From the NCBI GenBank assembly GCA_024638395.1, contig JAHEKK010000001.1:1-30749 (forward strand): DNA of 30,749 bases, in the 5' to 3' direction. The translations under genes and the position numbers were made by a program. Below the pieces are notes generated by a model. It saw only the letters and a list, made by a program, of their open reading frames with translations. It was not told the DNA's origin and did not search any database. Shown piece after piece: positions 8,242 to 15,316 of this stretch. This stretch comes from Gemmatimonadota bacterium (lineage in GTDB: Bacteria > Gemmatimonadota > Gemmatimonadetes > Longimicrobiales > Gaopeijiaceae). Every line of letters begins with the position of its first letter. Within the stretch, counting starts at the first letter, position 1.

Positions 8242-9165
8242 CTAGTGGCCGCAGCGCCCCGGGCGGTCGACGAGCCAGAGCCCGTTGGCCACCGGGCGCT
8301 CGCCGGCGGGATCGGAGGGGCTGTTCACCACCTTCCCCCGTACCCACATGGTCGACGACCCGCCTCCATCGAGGTTCACGGCATCCTCCACGCCCAACTC
8401 ATGGAACAAGGCCGCGAGCTCCGGCAGGGACATCCCGACCGATTCACCGCTTCTCCCATCCACCACCACCAACCAGAGCATTCCCGTGTCCCGGTCGATA
8501 CCCGCTGCGGTCCGCGGATGACGGGCTGCGGCAAAAGAGGGCCGAGCCGCGACCTCCAGATCACCCACGACCTCGCCGCCGCGGATCAACAGAGGGAAGC
8601 CGCCGATGACATCGACGTCGTTGCCCGGGCGCGACTCGGCTCCGTATTCGCCCCCCCGCCCCTCCCCTCCGGCGACGCCGATCCACGGGCCGCCCTCGGG
8701 ACTCCAGGCCAATGCTGGGCGGGCTCCCGGACGATGCGTGGTCTCGGAGGTCTCCGGGCCGATGGGGAGGCCTGCGTCCGTGAAGAAGTCGCCATTCACG
8801 CCGGCGTAGGGGATCCCGTCCACCCGAGGCACCAAGGCCGAAACCGCCGTGCGTTCGCGGCCCGCGTCCCCACCTTCAGGTGCCGGCGTAACGACCATCT
8901 CCAGATCGCACCGCAGACCTTCACTCGCCACGAGGTGGAGCTGCCACGGCCCCTCGGGTGAGGTGACGGCAAAGTAGGTGGCTCCATCGGCCACCCGCAC
9001 CCCACGCACCGAGTCGACCGCGAGGAAGGCGGCCGCGCCGCCGGGGAACGGCGACGGGAGCAGGGAGGGCCGATCCGGAGCGGCGCAGGCGGCCAACAGG
9101 AGCACCAAAGCGGTGGATCGACCGCTCGCCCGGGAGAGAAGGTGGGTGCGCCAGTTTTGATTCAC
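8242..9165 (-). CDS. Phosphodiester glycosidase (NAGPA-like) family protein, probable lipoprotein
   Basis: Lipobox LAAC. Family motifs GVNGDFF, HPRTAAG, LVVVDGR, NLDGGGSS, ERPVAN. Confidence 0.85.
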   Translation of the reverse strand: MNQNWRTHLLSRASGRSTALVLLLAACAAPDRPSLLPSPFPGGAAAFLAVDSVRGVRVADGATYFAVTSPEGPWQLHLVASEGLRCDLEMVVTPAPEGGDAGRERTAVSALVPRVDGIPYAGVNGDFFTDAGLPIGPETSETTHRPGARPALAWSPEGGPWIGVAGGEGRGGEYGAESRPGNDVDVIGGFPLLIRGGEVVGDLEVAARPSFAAARHPRTAAGIDRDTGMLWLVVVDGRSGESVGMSLPELAALFHELGVEDAVNLDGGGSSTMWVRGKVVNSPSDPAGERPVANGLWLVDRPGRCGH

Positions 9166-9196
9166 GGAGCGGCCTGAAAGGGTTCGGGGTGGGGAC

Positions 9197-9225
9197 TTCG
9201 CAGATCAAGGTAACGGGGGTATACT
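9197..9225 (+). promoter_or_regulatory. Sigma70-type promoter
   Basis: TTCGCA (9197-9202), 17-nt spacer, TATACT (9220-9225); ATG follows 8 nt later at 9234. Confidence 0.55.
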
Positions 9226-9233
9226 CGTGCGCC

Positions 9234-9725
9234 ATGCCCGATCCCCGACTCCGGCGACTCCGCCCGATCCTCCCGACTCTGCTGCTCGTTCTCGCCCTCC
9301 CGGGTGAAGGCGAGAGTCAGGTTCGATTCGGCGTTTCGATGGGAGGAGCCGGCACCGTCGCCCTGGTCATCGAAAGGCGTTGGGACCACCAGGGCCTCGA
9401 AGTCCAGGTCGGTACATGGGGCTTCTCCGATGTGAGCATAGCCGTCACGGGCAAGCAATACGTCGGGTCGAACGCGGTGGAGCCCTTCATCGGGCTGGGC
9501 CTTTGGGGCCTGGTGGCCTTTTCGGAGGAGGGGACCGGCTACGGCCTTATTGGACGCGCCCCCCTGGGAATCGACTGGAACTTCGCGGGAGCCCATTCCG
9601 CGGCCCTCACGGTGTACCTGAATCGGGCCCTCGCGCTCCGCCGGCCCGACCCGGAGGACCAGCGTCCCCCCCGCAGTAGCCTGATTCCCCTGCCGGAGTT
9701 CAGCTACCGCTGGCTCAACCGCTAG
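9234..9725 (+). CDS. Small outer-membrane beta-barrel protein (about 8 strands), unknown function
   Basis: Signal peptide to GES|QV. Alternating hydrophobic strands (VRFGVSM, LEVQVGT, EPFIGLGL, PLGIDWNF). C-terminal aromatic beta-signal-like FSYRW. Confidence 0.7.
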   Translation: MPDPRLRRLRPILPTLLLVLALPGEGESQVRFGVSMGGAGTVALVIERRWDHQGLEVQVGTWGFSDVSIAVTGKQYVGSNAVEPFIGLGLWGLVAFSEEGTGYGLIGRAPLGIDWNFAGAHSAALTVYLNRALALRRPDPEDQRPPRSSLIPLPEFSYRWLNR

Positions 9726-9738
9726 GGGATGCCACCAC

Positions 9739-9766
9739 CGAGGCCGGGCCTCGCAGCCTGCGGCTG
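9739..9766. terminator. Two adjacent GC hairpins between convergent genes, possible terminator
   Basis: CGAGGC-cgg-GCCTCG and CAGCC-tgc-GGCTG; no clear U-tract. Confidence 0.3.
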
Positions 9767-9776
9767 AAATCCTCCC

Positions 9777-10022
9777 TCAGACTTCCTCGGCCTCGTCCCA
9801 CGTCTCGGACCAGAAGCGTTCCTCCGCCTCCCTCACCTCGTCCAGATCCAGAGGATCGTCGTCTACCTTCAGCCTCCCGGTGGCCAGGATCTGGTCGATG
9901 TCCTCATCCGAGAGGAGGGTCCCGACACGACCGGTTCGCCGCATGAATCGCCAACGGATGGCGAGTCCGGCCAAGAGGCTGAGAATGGCCAACGCCATCA
10001 GCACGTACAACTCCACCAGCAT
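9777..10022 (-). CDS. Small hypothetical membrane protein (81 aa)
   Basis: N-terminal TM helix, basic RWRFMRR, very acidic tail. Starts 9 nt after the thrC stop. Confidence 0.75.
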   Translation of the reverse strand: MLVELYVLMALAILSLLAGLAIRWRFMRRTGRVGTLLSDEDIDQILATGRLKVDDDPLDLDEVREAEERFWSETWDEAEEV

Positions 10023-10031
10023 CGTCCGCCC

Positions 10032-11216
10032 TCAGTCGGTAGGGGTCATGCCCACGTACTTGAGCCCACTGCCCGTGTTGAACAACACGACCTCGTCGGC
10101 AGGATCGACCAAGCCCATCTCCATGAGTTTCGGCACCGCCGCGGCGACCGCGCCGCCTTCCGGTGCCGCGAAGACCCCGGTTGCGGCGCCCATGATGTGT
10201 ACCCACTCAGCCATCTCGCTGTCCCGGACCGCCACGGCACCGCCTCCCGAGGCACGAAGGGCCTGAAGGATGAGGAAGTCCCCCACCGCCCCCGGCACGC
10301 GCAGGCCGGAAGCGTACGTGCGGGCCCCCTCCCAGGTCGTGGCGTGGGTGTCTCCCGCCTCCCAGGCCCGCACCATCGGCGCACACCCGGCGGCCTGCAC
10401 CGTGAACATCTTGGGGCGCTCGGACCCGATCCAGCCCAGGGCCTCCATTTCCTCGAAGGCCTTCCACATGCCGATGAGTCCGGTCCCTCCTCCGGTGGGG
10501 TAGACGATGGCATCGGGCAACCGGCCCGCGAGCTGTTCAAAGAGCTCGTAGCCCATGGTCTTCTTTCCCTCCACACGGTAGGGCTCCTTCAGCGTGGAGA
10601 GATCCCACCAACCATGCTCGTCACATCCGGCTCGGACCACCCTGCCACAATCGCTGATCAGGCCGTCGAGAAGCTGAAGATCCGCGCCCAGGGCCCGGAT
10701 TTCCGCCAGGATCGGTGCCGGCGTGTCCTTGGGTACGACGACGTGTACCGGGAGGCCGGCGGCGGCGCCGTAGGCAGCGCTGGCGCTTCCGGCATTCCCC
10801 GCCGAGGGGATCGCCAGGGCCGTGGCACCCAGTTCCTTCGCCCTGGAAACGGCCAGGCATAGCCCCCGGTCCTTGAAGGATCCTGTGGGATTCTGCCCTT
10901 CGTCCTTGATCCAGACCCTCTCGACGCCCAGGCGGTCGGCGAGTGAAGGCGCCGCGAGAAGTGGCGTGAACCCCTCCCCCAGCGAGATCCGGCAGGCCGC
11001 GTCACGGACGGGAAGCACCTCCTCATAACGCCAAAGAGACGCAGGCCGATTCGTCAGAGTCGACGGCGTGAATTCGGCGGCGAGGGAGTCCAGATCGTAA
11101 CGGGCAAAGAGCGGCTTCCCGGCAGGGGACAGCCCACGGAGGCTTTCGGACTCATAGGTTTCTCCGGTCGCGGTGCATTCGAGATGGGTTGCGCCACCCC
11201 GGGTCCGGACCGTCAT
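10032..11216 (-). CDS. thrC: Threonine synthase (PLP fold type II)
   Basis: SLWRY, ISLGEGFTPL, KDEGQNPTGSFKDRG (PLP lysine), SAGNAG, YRVEGKKT, YPTGGGTG, FNTGSG. ATG 11216 has an AAGGA SD. Confidence 0.88.
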   Translation of the reverse strand: MTVRTRGGATHLECTATGETYESESLRGLSPAGKPLFARYDLDSLAAEFTPSTLTNRPASLWRYEEVLPVRDAACRISLGEGFTPLLAAPSLADRLGVERVWIKDEGQNPTGSFKDRGLCLAVSRAKELGATALAIPSAGNAGSASAAYGAAAGLPVHVVVPKDTPAPILAEIRALGADLQLLDGLISDCGRVVRAGCDEHGWWDLSTLKEPYRVEGKKTMGYELFEQLAGRLPDAIVYPTGGGTGLIGMWKAFEEMEALGWIGSERPKMFTVQAAGCAPMVRAWEAGDTHATTWEGARTYASGLRVPGAVGDFLILQALRASGGGAVAVRDSEMAEWVHIMGAATGVFAAPEGGAVAAAVPKLMEMGLVDPADEVVLFNTGSGLKYVGMTPTD

Positions 11217-11266
11217 TCCTTGTGGCATTGAAATCCTTCCGTGAATACGCCGATTCCGAAACGTCC

Positions 11267-11965
11267 ATGGTAGCACGTGAAAACCCGGATCGGGAGCCCG
11301 AAACGCAGACAACCCCCTCGGGGTACTCGGGCATCATACGTAGCGCAACAGGAAGGTACACCCGACGCGCGCCGAGCAGGCCGCACGACGGACCCACGGG
11401 GAGCGGACCGACCATAGAAGCACAACTCATCCAGCGGGCGAGCCAGGGGGACGGTCGGGCCGTCCGAGCCCTCTACGACCGGTATGCCCCCCGGGTGTAT
11501 GCCGTCGTGCGACGGATCGCCGGAGACGACGATCTGGCTCAGGACTATGCCCAGGAGGCGTGGATAAGGGCGATCCGAGCCCTCCCCAGCTTTCGTGGTG
11601 ACTCCCGGTTCTCGACCTGGTTGCATCGGATCGCCGTCAACTCGGCACTCCAGGCGGTGCGCAAGGCGCGGACCCGTAGCAAGCGGGAGGGTCAGCCGCC
11701 GGATGTGATTCCGGTAGCGCCCCAGGTCGGAGACGTGCTGTTGGAGAAGAGACTGGAAATGGCACTGGACCAGCTCCCGGAAGGGATGCGTCGGGTCCTG
11801 ATCCTCCACGATGTGGAGGGATACACCCACGAGGAGATCGGCAACACCCTGGGGGTGACCGCAGGCACGTCGAAATCCCAACTATTCAAAGCGCGAGCGA
11901 AGATGCGTGCTCTGCTCCGCTCGGACGAGGCACGACACGAAGGAATCGAAGCATGGAACGGTTGA
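11267..11965 (+). CDS. ECF RNA polymerase sigma factor (module 1); start uncertain (ATG 11267 or ATA 11414)
   Basis: Region 2: LYDRYAPRVY…DLAQDYAQEAWIRA…FRGDSRFSTWLHRIAVN. Region 4: LDQLPEGMRRVLILHDVEGYTHEEIG…GTSKSQLFKAR. Confidence 0.93.
   Translation: MVARENPDREPETQTTPSGYSGIIRSATGRYTRRAPSRPHDGPTGSGPTIEAQLIQRASQGDGRAVRALYDRYAPRVYAVVRRIAGDDDLAQDYAQEAWIRAIRALPSFRGDSRFSTWLHRIAVNSALQAVRKARTRSKREGQPPDVIPVAPQVGDVLLEKRLEMALDQLPEGMRRVLILHDVEGYTHEEIGNTLGVTAGTSKSQLFKARAKMRALLRSDEARHEGIEAWNG
11310..11335 (+). promoter_or_regulatory. Candidate ECF-sigma promoter for module 1
   Basis: CAAC (11310-11313), N17, GCATC (11331-11335); fits the general ECF AAC…(C/G)GTC-type layout. Confidence 0.3.
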
Positions 11966-12588
11966 GTCTCGAAGCACTGGCCCGTCTCGTAGATGAGGCG
12001 CCGACCGACGAGGAGAAGAAGGTCCTTGCGGCGAACCCCGACCTCCAGAGGGAGCTGGAAGCCCTCGAGGAGCAGACCCGGGCGCTGAAAGACCTCCCAG
12101 CGGTCTTCCCTCCCCCGGAGGGATGGCACGAGCTGGAAGCCCGCCTGGTGGAGGAAGGCCTGGTCCGACCCACCGGTCGTGGGCGGGCGTCGTCGCGGTG
12201 GGTGCTCCAGGCCGCCGCAGGCATGATCCTCTTCCTGGGAGGAGCAGCCATGGGAACGGCTCTTTCCGGAGGCCCCGGAAGTCCTGCGACGGCGGCGACG
12301 GGTCCGTACGACTCCGTGGAGGAGGCGGTCCAGGCGGTGGAAGTCGCGGAACGCCGATACCTTCAGTCCGTGGGAGCGTATCAGCAGACGGTCCGGGCTC
12401 AGGACGGCACCACGGCCACCACGCGTGACCCCGCGTCCCGTTTTGCCGCCCTCGAAGCTCTCCTGGCAGCGAGTCAGGCGGCCGTGCGCGAGTCTCCGGC
12501 CGACCCCTTCTTCAACGGCATCCTGGTCAACACGCTGATGGAACGTCAACAGACGCTCCGCCAGATCAGCGGGGACAACTGGTACTGA
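11953..12588 (+). CDS. Transmembrane anti-sigma factor (module 1)
   Basis: Overlaps the sigma stop by 13 nt. Cytoplasmic N-terminal helices, one TM (WVLQAAAGMILFLGGAAMG), helical periplasmic C-terminus. No HxxxCxxC ZAS motif. Confidence 0.75.
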   Translation: MERLSLEALARLVDEAPTDEEKKVLAANPDLQRELEALEEQTRALKDLPAVFPPPEGWHELEARLVEEGLVRPTGRGRASSRWVLQAAAGMILFLGGAAMGTALSGGPGSPATAATGPYDSVEEAVQAVEVAERRYLQSVGAYQQTVRAQDGTTATTRDPASRFAALEALLAASQAAVRESPADPFFNGILVNTLMERQQTLRQISGDNWY

Positions 12589-13556
12589 TGAAGCTCCGCC
12601 GTCCGGTCTTGAGTGCAGCGCTCGTTTGGGCGGCTCTCGCCCTGGGGGCTTCCGGTCTTCAGGGGCAGGAGCCGCCACGGGCGTGGTTGGGCGCCATGTT
12701 GGACCTCAGGTACACGGCCGCGCCACGACCCGGCGAGGACGCTTTCCACCTGATCGTCGATGCTGTCCACGACGGGGGACCGGCCGAAACGGGCGGCTTG
12801 CTCCCTGGAGACCGCATCGTGGCCGTGGAAGGGACCCGGCTCACGTACGGCACATGGATGCGGTCGTACGGACGGCTTCAACCCGGCGACCCCCTGAGCC
12901 TCCGGGTCCGTCGTCGGGACGGCCAGTTCCACGATCTGGTCCTCGTAGCCCAGGCCCGGCCCGATTCCCTCGCCCGAGGGAGCGTGGTGGAGACCATCGC
13001 CACGGCTCGAAGCCGCTTCTTCCGTAGCGTGGACTCCCTCCTGGTGGTGGTTACCGCGAACATCGAAGCCGGCGGGTCGTCGCAGACGTTGAGAGTCCGC
13101 GTGCGCCGTCCGGGCGAGGAGCCCGGGGCACTCGACTCTCTCCGGGTACTGCAGGAGGGTCTGCGAGAGCGCCTCCGGTCCATCGAGGGCCCCTCGTCTG
13201 CGCCGCGGCTGCTCAGAGCGACCCAAGACGTGGCCCTGCCCCAGGTGATGGCCCCCTGGGTGGCGGGGGACGCCTACATTCTCGGAGGGGCTCAGGCCCG
13301 CACGGTCGACGGCAGTCTGGCGACCTTCTTCGGAACGGGCGAAGGCGCCCTGGTCACCAACGTGCTCGCCGGGAGCCCGGCGGCCCAGGCCGGGTTCCTG
13401 CCGGGCGACGTCATCGCCGCGGTGGGAAACCGGGCCATCCCTTCCGCCGAATACCTGCGGGAGGTCCTCGCCGTGGTGCCGACGCCGTTTCGCGTTACGG
13501 TGATCCGCCAGGGAAATGCCGTCGTGCTGAGCTTTCCCGAGCCCGACGGTCCGTAG
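12588..13556 (+). CDS. Exported tandem-PDZ protein without a protease domain
   Basis: TGATG coupling to the anti-sigma. Signal peptide. PDZ1: WLGAML…IVDAVHDGGPAETGGLLPGDRIVAVEG. PDZ2: GALVTNVLAGSPAAQAGFLPGDVIAAVG. No trypsin GNSGG motif. Confidence 0.85.
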   Translation: MKLRRPVLSAALVWAALALGASGLQGQEPPRAWLGAMLDLRYTAAPRPGEDAFHLIVDAVHDGGPAETGGLLPGDRIVAVEGTRLTYGTWMRSYGRLQPGDPLSLRVRRRDGQFHDLVLVAQARPDSLARGSVVETIATARSRFFRSVDSLLVVVTANIEAGGSSQTLRVRVRRPGEEPGALDSLRVLQEGLRERLRSIEGPSSAPRLLRATQDVALPQVMAPWVAGDAYILGGAQARTVDGSLATFFGTGEGALVTNVLAGSPAAQAGFLPGDVIAAVGNRAIPSAEYLREVLAVVPTPFRVTVIRQGNAVVLSFPEPDGP

Positions 13557-13607
13557 GGGACCCTATCGTCCCGCCCGGGAAGGGCTCGCTGAGTTTGCCC
13601 CCGCGGA

Positions 13608-13624
13608 GCCGCCAGGCGGTTTTT
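13608..13624 (+). terminator. Intrinsic terminator of the sigma/anti-sigma/PDZ operon
   Basis: GCCGC-cag-GCGGT stem followed by a T-run, about 50 nt after the PDZ stop. Confidence 0.55.
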
Positions 13625-14092
13625 GTGACACCGTTGAAGCGGTCAGTAGGTCATCCGGCCTCCCCCACTACAGTCGCGCCTATCCCTCGCGACAAGGTCG
13701 ATCCGAAGGAGCGTCCTTCGGTGTCGTGCCCGGGGGTCACTGATGCCCGACGACTGGGTTGGAGTTCGAGCTGAAGACTTCCGGTGGATGCGGAGCGCCA
13801 TTCGTGCGGGGGGCGGCAGACCCGTCGATTGACAGCTCGTCAATTGCGGGAAGCCCGTTTGGCCCATCGAGCATGCTGTAGCGGTTCGAGTGACCTTCCG
13901 CCGACATGCAACCCCGGCCCACGCCACTCTGACCTCCTCTGGTGAGGTCGATCGTCCATTGGCCCGCACCGCGAGTCACGCCAGTACGATCCACCCCGTC
14001 ACAAACGTCTCTCGGCACTACACTTAGAGGCAGCGCGGCGGCGATTCTCCTGACCGGTCGATTGGTCTCGATCCACCCCTGAGGCGGCGACC

Positions 14093-15298
14093 CTACTCGT
14101 ACCGGAGGGCGTCGATGGGGTCCAGGATGGCGGCCCGCCGGGCAGGCCAGATCCCGAAGAACAGGCCGATCCCCGCCGAGAAGATCAGCGCGATGACCAC
14201 GGCTTGAGGAGCGATCACCGTGTCCCAACTGGCAAATCGGGTGATGAGACTGGCCCCTCCAACCCCGGCAAGGACGCCCAGCACGCCTCCCAGCACGCAG
14301 AGCACCAGGGCTTCCACCAGGAACTGGAGGAGGATGTCGGTCTTGGTGGCTCCGAGAGCCTTCCTCACTCCGATCTCCCGGGTCCGCTCCGTCACGCTCA
14401 CGAGCATGATGTTCATGATCCCGATGCCGCCCACCAGAAGGCTCACGCCGGCGATGCCCGCCAGAAGCAACGTGAAGGTCTCGTTGGACTCGTTGAACGT
14501 CTGGAGGATGTCGGAGGAGTTCTGGATGCTGAAGTCGGCTTCTTCGCCGGGGGGTAGACGGTGTTGGCGCCGCACGACCCGGTCGATGTCTGCCCAGGCT
14601 GCGTTCAACTGCTCTGGAGAGGGCGCCGCCACGTAGATCGAGCGGAGCCGGTCCCGGTTACCCATCACCCGGTACATGGCCGTGGACAGGGGGATGAAGA
14701 TCTGATCGTCGGGCTGCATCCACGCCGCTCCACCCTTCTCCTCGAGGACTCCGATCACTTCGAAGGGAATGCCCCGGATCTGGATGGTGCGGCCGACCAG
14801 GAGGCCCGGGGGCGTACCCAGGTCCTCGGGGACGTTGGCGCCCAGGACCGCCACCCGCCGGCGGCCCTGCAGCTCGCCCTCGTCGAACCAGCGGCCGTTG
14901 GCCATGGAGTGGTTGTAGATGTCGTAGTAGGACGGCCAGGTACCGACCACGGAGTTGGACGAATTCCAGCGCTGGTAGGAGACCTGGAGGCGGGACTCCA
15001 ACTCGGGGGCGATGTCGTAGATGTGGCCGAGCTCGGTTCGCAGGGCGTAGGCATCGTCCTCGTCCAAGCGCCGGTTGCCGCTGGCCACGCCGCGGAAGAA
15101 CCCCTGTCCGGGCCGAACCGTGAGGACGTTGGTGCCCATGCGTTCGATCTGGCTCTGGATTCGCCGCTGGGCGCCTTCTCCCAGAGCCACCATGGCGATG
15201 ACCGCACCCACGCCGATCACGATCCCCAACGTCGTCAGAACGGACCGAAGGGCGTTGGCGCGAATCGCCGCCAGGGCGACGAGAATCGTCTCTTTCAT
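14093..15298 (-). CDS. ABC transporter permease, MacB/FtsX family
   Basis: RSVLTTLGIVIGVGAV, large periplasmic domain, IAGVSLLVGGIGIMNIMLVSVTERTREIGVRKALGA, WPARRAAILDPIDALRYE. Confidence 0.95.
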   Translation of the reverse strand: MKETILVALAAIRANALRSVLTTLGIVIGVGAVIAMVALGEGAQRRIQSQIERMGTNVLTVRPGQGFFRGVASGNRRLDEDDAYALRTELGHIYDIAPELESRLQVSYQRWNSSNSVVGTWPSYYDIYNHSMANGRWFDEGELQGRRRVAVLGANVPEDLGTPPGLLVGRTIQIRGIPFEVIGVLEEKGGAAWMQPDDQIFIPLSTAMYRVMGNRDRLRSIYVAAPSPEQLNAAWADIDRVVRRQHRLPPGEEADFSIQNSSDILQTFNESNETFTLLLAGIAGVSLLVGGIGIMNIMLVSVTERTREIGVRKALGATKTDILLQFLVEALVLCVLGGVLGVLAGVGGASLITRFASWDTVIAPQAVVIALIFSAGIGLFFGIWPARRAAILDPIDALRYE

Positions 15299-15316
15299 AC
15301 CCCCGACCTTCCCGGC

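Noticed and set aside
13693-13721. SRP RNA-like string CAAGGTCGATCCGAAGGAGCG
   Set aside because: It superficially resembles helix 8 (CAGG-UCC-GGAA-GGA-AGCA) but needs several deletions in invariant positions, and a competing 8-bp stem disrupts that fold.
13643-13944. Minus-strand ORF with an AGGAGG SD before a GTG (VAWAGVACRR…)
   Set aside because: The SD is good, but the product is Arg/Thr/Ser-rich, looks non-protein-like and has no motifs.
13625-14092. tmRNA, RNase P, tRNA or group II intron domain V in the gap
   Set aside because: No acceptor stem with T-arm and CCA, no tag peptide ending in ALAA, no GAGGAAAGUCC, and no complete domain V hairpin on either strand.
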